A stretch of 64,000 bases of DNA from Candidatus Obscuribacterales bacterium (GTDB lineage: Bacteria > Cyanobacteriota > Vampirovibrionia > Obscuribacterales > Obscuribacteraceae). Made by a program: the position numbers and the translations under genes. Numbering within the stretch: position 1 is the first letter of the stretch; the number at the start of each line of letters is the position of its first letter. The stretch covers positions 1,024,001 to 1,088,000 of the forward strand of contig CBDDIJ010000002.1 in NCBI GenBank assembly GCA_965228855.1, written 5' to 3'. Under the pieces are notes generated by a model. It was not told the origin of the DNA and searched no databases. It saw only the letters and a list, made by a program, of their open reading frames with translations. Of this stretch, positions 58,729 through 64,000 are shown piece after piece.

Positions 58729-59328
58729 TCACTTCTTGTTCACGTCAGAACCGCAGCACGACTCGCCTTTCGTTCTTCCTTGCTTAAGCTTCGGCTCGGC
58801 ACCGGCTTCTGAATTTTGCTCGCCTGTCGTTTTAGAAGCTGACTTCTTGCCGTTATCCCAGAGTCGCTCGCGCTTGTATTTTTGCAAGGTCGGACTTTCC
58901 GTTTCAAACGGATACTCCTTCGCGTAGCGTTTATCAATGAACTTTTGAATGTCGGAGATGCTCTTGCCCTTGCGATGAAACTTGAGCGCGAGAATCGCCT
59001 CTTCCTGGCAAATGTGACAATCCACGCCGTGGTCGCTCGTAAAGCAGTCGAGCAAACTGCCGTGGCAGTCCGTCATGTCGCAACCGCAATAACAAAAAAG
59101 TTTCTCGCAAACTTCCGGAACTTCCTTTGCGGCAAGATATCCGGCTTTGACCTGACCGACGTAATTGCCGGCGTCCAGAACTTCCTTCCTTGCAGTTTTG
59201 TCGCCGGCAGACGGCGCGGCGGCGTTCGCGAAGGCTGGCGGTGTAAACAAAAGCAACGCCGCGGATAGCGCGAGGACGCCTGACGGTTTCAAACTGAAAC
59301 GAGATTTTGGTTGTGTCGGAATCGCCAT
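58729..59328 (-). CDS. PCYCGC-motif secreted protein
   Basis: LFCYCGCD...HGSLLDCF...HGVDCHIC; signal peptide (AFA). Confidence 0.85.
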   Translation of the reverse strand: MAIPTQPKSRFSLKPSGVLALSAALLLFTPPAFANAAAPSAGDKTARKEVLDAGNYVGQVKAGYLAAKEVPEVCEKLFCYCGCDMTDCHGSLLDCFTSDHGVDCHICQEEAILALKFHRKGKSISDIQKFIDKRYAKEYPFETESPTLQKYKRERLWDNGKKSASKTTGEQNSEAGAEPKLKQGRTKGESCCGSDVNKK

Positions 59329-59478
59329 GCATCTAGTTGTAGCAGGTTTTTGTGCGGACGAAAACGTTTGTGCGCCGGAGCTTATGAGCGCGGAGTAATT
59401 TTAAGATCGTAAAGGTTTACAAGCGGCTCTAAGATCTATTTGATATGATCACTCATCCTGATGAACTGATCAGCCTTT

Positions 59479-61400
59479 ATGGGTGTCGACATGGATTTTG
59501 ATGTAATTGTTGTTGGCGGCGGGCACGCCGGAGCCGAGGCGGCGAACGCATCTTCGAAGATGGGTCTCAAGACTCTGTTGCTCGCGGTCAACCTCGACAC
59601 GGTGGGCGCGATGCCTTGCAATCCGGCTGTTGGCGGACCCGGCAAATCACATCTAGCTAAAGAGGTCGATGCCCTTGGTGGCGTAATTGGTATCGCCGCT
59701 GATGCTACATACTTGCAGTTGCGAACGCTCAACTCCAGTCGCGGACCTGCTGTGCAAGCCCTGCGCGCCCAGTCCGACAAGCGCGAGTATAGCAACTGGA
59801 TCAAAAATTATTTGGAAACCTTGCCGAACCTGACGCTCAAACAGGGCATGGTTAACCGCTTTATCGTAGAAGGGCGCCGTATCTGTGGTGTGGAACTGGC
59901 TTTCGGCGAGCGCATCAAAGCCAAAGCAGTTGTACTATGCGCCGGAACATTCCTCGAAGGAACGATTTGGATTGGGAAACAAACCCAACCCGCCGGCCGC
60001 GCCGGTGAGTTTCCCGCTGTCGGGCTGTCTGAAAACCTTCGTTCGATGGGCTTCACGACCGGTCGTTTGAAGACCGGAACGCCGCCACGCATCGATGGGC
60101 GCACAATTGATTACACCAATTTGCCTGTTGTTCCAGGCGATGAAAACCCTGATTTCTTCTCATTCCTCGACAAGCGTCCGGTTTTGGAACAGGTACCGTG
60201 CCACCAGACCAGAACCACCGAGAAGACGCACGAAATCATCCGCGCAAACCTGCATGAGTCGCCGATGTACTCGGGAATGATTCATGGAATCGGACCGCGC
60301 TATTGTCCTTCCATCGAAGATAAGATTGTTCGTTTCGCTGATAAGGACAGCCATTCGTTCTTCCTGGAGCCGGAAGGTCGCTCGACTTACGAGATTTACT
60401 TGCAAGGCTGCTCGACAAGTTTGCCGGTCGCGGTTCAACAACAGATCGTCAATTCGTTGCCTGGTCTGGAGAACGCTTCAATGGTTCGCGCCGCATACGC
60501 GGTTGAGTATGATTACTTGCCGGCAGTGCAGTTTACCCACGCGCTGATGGCTAAAGACCTTGATGGTTTCTTTGCTGCCGGGCAGATTTTGGGAACGTCC
60601 GGTTACGAAGAAGCCGCAGCGCAAGGTATCGTAGCTGGTATCAACGCCGCCCGCTATTGTCTCGACAAAGAGCCGATGATCCTCGCGCGTTCCTCCAGTT
60701 ACACCGGCACTCTCGTGGACGATCTGGTTACGAAGGAGATTGGCGAACCCTATCGAATGATGACGTCGCGCTCTGAATACAGACTGTTGTTGCGCCAGGA
60801 CAACGCTGATTCCAGGCTGACTCCGATCGGTCGAGAGATCGGTCTGGTCGACGAATATCGATGGAGACTTTTCTGCGAAAAACAAGATGCGATTCGCGCG
60901 GAGAAAGAGCGTTTGTCCTCGACCCGTGTTAAGCCTGATGAAAACTGGATTGCCGCGTTATCCGAAATAGGCGAGGAGATGAAACAGTCGCTGACGTTGG
61001 AAGAACTTTTGCGTCGTCCGCGCGTTCCTACTCTTTGATCGAGAGCCTCAGTCCGTCTGAGGAAGGCTGCGAATTCCCGCACGCCATGCCGGTTGAAACC
61101 GACATCAAATATGCCGGTTATATCGAACGTCAACGTCATCAAGTCGAGCAGGCTGAAAAATATGACAGTGTAAAACTGCCTGCCGACCTCGATTACACAA
61201 CGTTGGTGCATCTGTCTAAAGAGACACGCGAGAAGTTGAATCGCATACGTCCGGAGACGCTCGGACAAGCCGCTCGTATAGGCGGTGTTCGTCCGGCTGA
61301 TGTTTCGGTGCTCATGATCTTTTTGGAAACCGAACGACGCAATCGCACTCACGCCGAGCGCGGCAAGAATAAAACCGATCTGGCTACCGCAGGAAGTTAG
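59479..61400 (+). pseudogene. mnmG: tRNA U34 carboxymethylaminomethyl modification enzyme MnmG/GidA, split by a 1-nt frameshift near 61026 (may be a sequencing error)
   Basis: GGGHAG, PCNPAVGG, RLKTGTPPR, GPRYCPSIEDK, GYEEAAAQG; the C-terminal IKYAGYI...[11 protein letters not shown] continues in another frame. Confidence 0.93.
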
Positions 61401-61402
61401 GC

Positions 61403-62353
61403 GTGCAGAGTCGCATGGAATCAATATCTCGCGCGATCTCGTTGAGCCTCAAGTCCAACTGGATGCGCGTTTCAGTTCTCGCTATAACTGTTTCGCTGAT
61501 ACCATGTGCTGCTTCGGCACAGCAAAACAGTACGGCAGTCAACCCGTTCGGGAAGCCGATGACGCCTGCATCTCAGTCGGCAGCGAAAGCGGTTTCTTCT
61601 AAAAATGAAAGTGGTGCTGCTCGCAAAACATCAGCATTCGTTTCTCCTTCTCTCGAAGGCGCAACATCTGCGCAGCCGGCGAAACCGGCATCACAGGCTG
61701 CTGTATCGCAAAGTCCTCACCTGCAGGGAGTGATTCAACACAGTGACACGCTTCCACCCTTGCCCGCAAAATATCGAGCTGGTGCTTTCTTTGGTGCGTA
61801 TGGATTGCCCTCTCCAACCGGTCAGCGTGAGCCTCGCGTCAATGTTCAATTTAAAATTCCAGACTGGTTGGCCGGTAAATGGGAGCGCAGTCATTCGGTC
61901 GAAACGCAGAGAACCGAGTTGCCATCTAATAAAGCGTTGAAGCCGGCAGGAATGACAACAGCGAAGTCGCAAGATGTTTTCGGCACTTATCGCGATAAAA
62001 CTGGACAGATATGGCAAGTCTTTTCTTCCGATCATGCGACCGGAGAAATCGATCGCGGCGAGTTTGTCGACCGGCACACAGTCACGAAATACAATCTCGA
62101 CGTCCTCAACGCGAAAACCGCCGTTGTTGAAGTGCGCGCGTTTCACTTGATCGTTAGCAAGAAGACGCAGCGCATCGTTCAAAGCTATCAGGACGAAGAA
62201 TTCAACACATACAATTTGCTGGGCGAGGGTGTGGTGAAGACCGACAGTTCCGTCAAAGTTTTCGATGGGGACGGCAATCCACAGCTCCTGACGCGGGGCA
62301 GCTCAGATGTAGTCAGAATCAGCCGTTTCGAAGATGTGCAGGCGGCGAGATAG
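61403..62353 (+). CDS. Hypothetical secreted protein
   Basis: Signal-like segment, low-complexity linker, IPDWLAGKW domain. Confidence 0.8.
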   Translation: MQSRMESISRAISLSLKSNWMRVSVLAITVSLIPCAASAQQNSTAVNPFGKPMTPASQSAAKAVSSKNESGAARKTSAFVSPSLEGATSAQPAKPASQAAVSQSPHLQGVIQHSDTLPPLPAKYRAGAFFGAYGLPSPTGQREPRVNVQFKIPDWLAGKWERSHSVETQRTELPSNKALKPAGMTTAKSQDVFGTYRDKTGQIWQVFSSDHATGEIDRGEFVDRHTVTKYNLDVLNAKTAVVEVRAFHLIVSKKTQRIVQSYQDEEFNTYNLLGEGVVKTDSSVKVFDGDGNPQLLTRGSSDVVRISRFEDVQAAR

Positions 62354-62623
62354 GTTTAGTCCATGAAAGTGCAGCTGATAAAACTGCAAATATTCGATTG
62401 AAAAATTTCTGTCAAGTTACACAACATTCGCCTTCCGCGATGTTATTACTGTATATATCTGCGGGTAGATAGTTAGCAGTGATACGTTTGCGCTTGTCAT
62501 CTTGGCGACGAAATGTGGCAGGAAACGGCAACACTGGCTGTTTTAGCTTGTGTCCAGGCGGGGAACGTAAGTAAGTGAAAGCAATCAGATTATTCGCACA
62601 AAAAAGAGGTTGGTCCAATTCCG

Positions 62624-64000
62624 GTGAGCTTCTTCAAACCAAAACAGTCCACAAATAAGCCTCAAGATGTGATGATTGGCGAGCTTCTTGTGAAGGCGCA
62701 AATTATCAGTCAGAAGCAGCTCGACGATTGTGTCAGGCAGTCGGGCATGAAGCGCCTGCATCTCGGGCAGATGCTAATGATGTCCGGCTACATCACTCCG
62801 CGCGATTTGCAAGCGGCGATGGATGCCCAGACGATGTTGCGGGATAATCTGATTGACGGCGAAATGGCTGTCAAATGCCTGAGAATGGCTTACAAACAAG
62901 GTCTTACATTCGCCGACGTAGTAAATAATCAGCAAGCGATCGACCAGGAGAAAGCGGATTCGGCGGTCTGGACGCTTGGTCATCTGTTGCACGAAGCGGA
63001 CGTCGCGACGCAAATGCAGCTGGATGCTGCTTATCAGCGGAGCAACGCAACCAATATTCCGACTGGTCGGATATTGATTTTGAACGGCGTTATCACCGAG
63101 CATCTGCTGTCGCGGGCGCTCGATTTGCTGGTGAAGGCGCGCGATGAGGTTTGTACTCGAGAAGAAGCGGTTGAAGCGATGCGCGTCGCCGCCGGAATGT
63201 CGCCCGGAACTCCCTTGACTCAAAGTCTGCTTTTGCCGAGTCCCAGCAAGCGCCCGCGGCTCGGGCAGCTGATGCTGTCTGCTGGAATCATGAGCGAAAC
63301 CGATGTTATGAACGCGGTCGAGTTCGGTTTAACCTATAACATTATGATCGGTCAGGTTATGGTCGAGCAGGGCTATGTGTCCGTTCAGATGGTCGAGGCT
63401 GCGCTGGAGCTGCAACGTTATGTGGAAGATGGGCAGATTGACGAGGCTCGTGCCGGTGATGTGCTTGAAAAGGTTTATCATGGCAACGGCAATGTTAACG
63501 ACCTGATTACGAGTCTCCAACCGGTTCTTCGCATGGCTGCCGATAGTCAGCCGAAGCTATCATTTGAAAAACTGCTTACGCTGGCTCGCGTTGTATCGCA
63601 GGAGCAAATTCATGAGGCGTTCGACATTTGCCGGCAAACTCCGGAAGCTCTTGCGAAGATCCTGTGTCTGACTGGTTTTATCGAAACCAGTACACATGAC
63701 TCCGTATTGCGGTGTCACGAGCTTCTCGAGTCTGGACGCCTGACTCAGGACGATGCGCTTGTTGCTCTGGACTATTGTTTCAGCAAGAGTACCGGATTCG
63801 ACGAGGCTTTGAGTGACCTCGGCTGGTCGGATCATGGATTGGCGCATAGCGAGCATGCCCAGCTCGCCCACGAACAAGAATTCGATCCCGACCGAACTGC
63901 AGATGAGATGCCGGTTCTGGCTGGGGATGCCGTTCCTGGTTTCAATCTTCTCGATCACTTCGGATTGGGTGGCGGAGATTCGGAAAGCACCGACGCCGAA
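62624..64000 (+). CDS. MshEN-like (c-di-GMP-binding) repeat protein, runs off the window end
   Basis: Translated by hand (absent from the ORF track): IGELLVKAQII, HLGQMLMMSGYI, TLGHLLHEADV, RLGQLMLSAGIM, IGQVMVEQGYV; no stop seen in the segments read through to 64000. Confidence 0.85.
   Translation, partial: MSFFKPKQSTNKPQDVMIGELLVKAQIISQKQLDDCVRQSGMKRLHLGQMLMMSGYITPRDLQAAMDAQTMLRDNLIDGEMAVKCLRMAYKQGLTFADVVNNQQAIDQEKADSAVWTLGHLLHEADVATQMQLDAAYQRSNATNIPTGRILILNGVITEHLLSRALDLLVKARDEVCTREEAVEAMRVAAGMSPGTPLTQSLLLPSPSKRPRLGQLMLSAGIMSETDVMNAVEFGLTYNIMIGQVMVEQGYVSVQMVEAALELQRYVEDGQIDEARAGDVLEKVYHGNGNVNDLITSLQPVLRMAADSQPKLSFEKLLTLARVVSQEQIHEAFDICRQTPEALAKILCLTGFIETSTHDSVLRCHELLESGRLTQDDALVALDYCFSKSTGFDEALSDLGWSDHGLAHSEHAQLAHEQEFDPDRTADEMPVLAGDAVPGFNLLDHFGLGGGDSESTDAE

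Overview
Bacterial chromosomal window with about 50 CDS and no rRNA, tRNA or CRISPR array detected. The gene style (Ser/Thr kinases with LRR or TPR tails, an MshEN-repeat protein, an OmpR/HK pair around an orphan gene) suggests Melainabacteria/Obscuribacterales, but this is inference. Recognisable genes: a MoxR-DUF58-vWA (Bat-like) operon, GH130-like glycosidase, ClpP-like peptidase, bdhA with a patatin and an LpqC-type esterase, rhomboid, PlsC-family acyltransferase, CYTH protein, a single-NBD Clp ATPase, M24 and M17 (pepA) peptidases, MscS, PP2C, a KefB/C-like antiporter, pyrB/pyrC, htpX, a probable TA pair, and mnmG split by a 1-nt frameshift. The most unusual signal is non-coding. There are two unrelated intergenic repeat families, each built from two palindromes 33 bp apart. 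One is a 102-bp family (CTGCAA-N6-TTGCAG twice) whose arrays flank, in inverted orientation, a gene encoding a single-HKD PLD nuclease fused to a HipB-like HTH. The other is a 53-bp four-box core found 8 times at 4 loci with a distal ATAGTAG motif. Together they form a candidate undescribed nuclease/repeat system resembling RAYT-REP in layout; function is untested.
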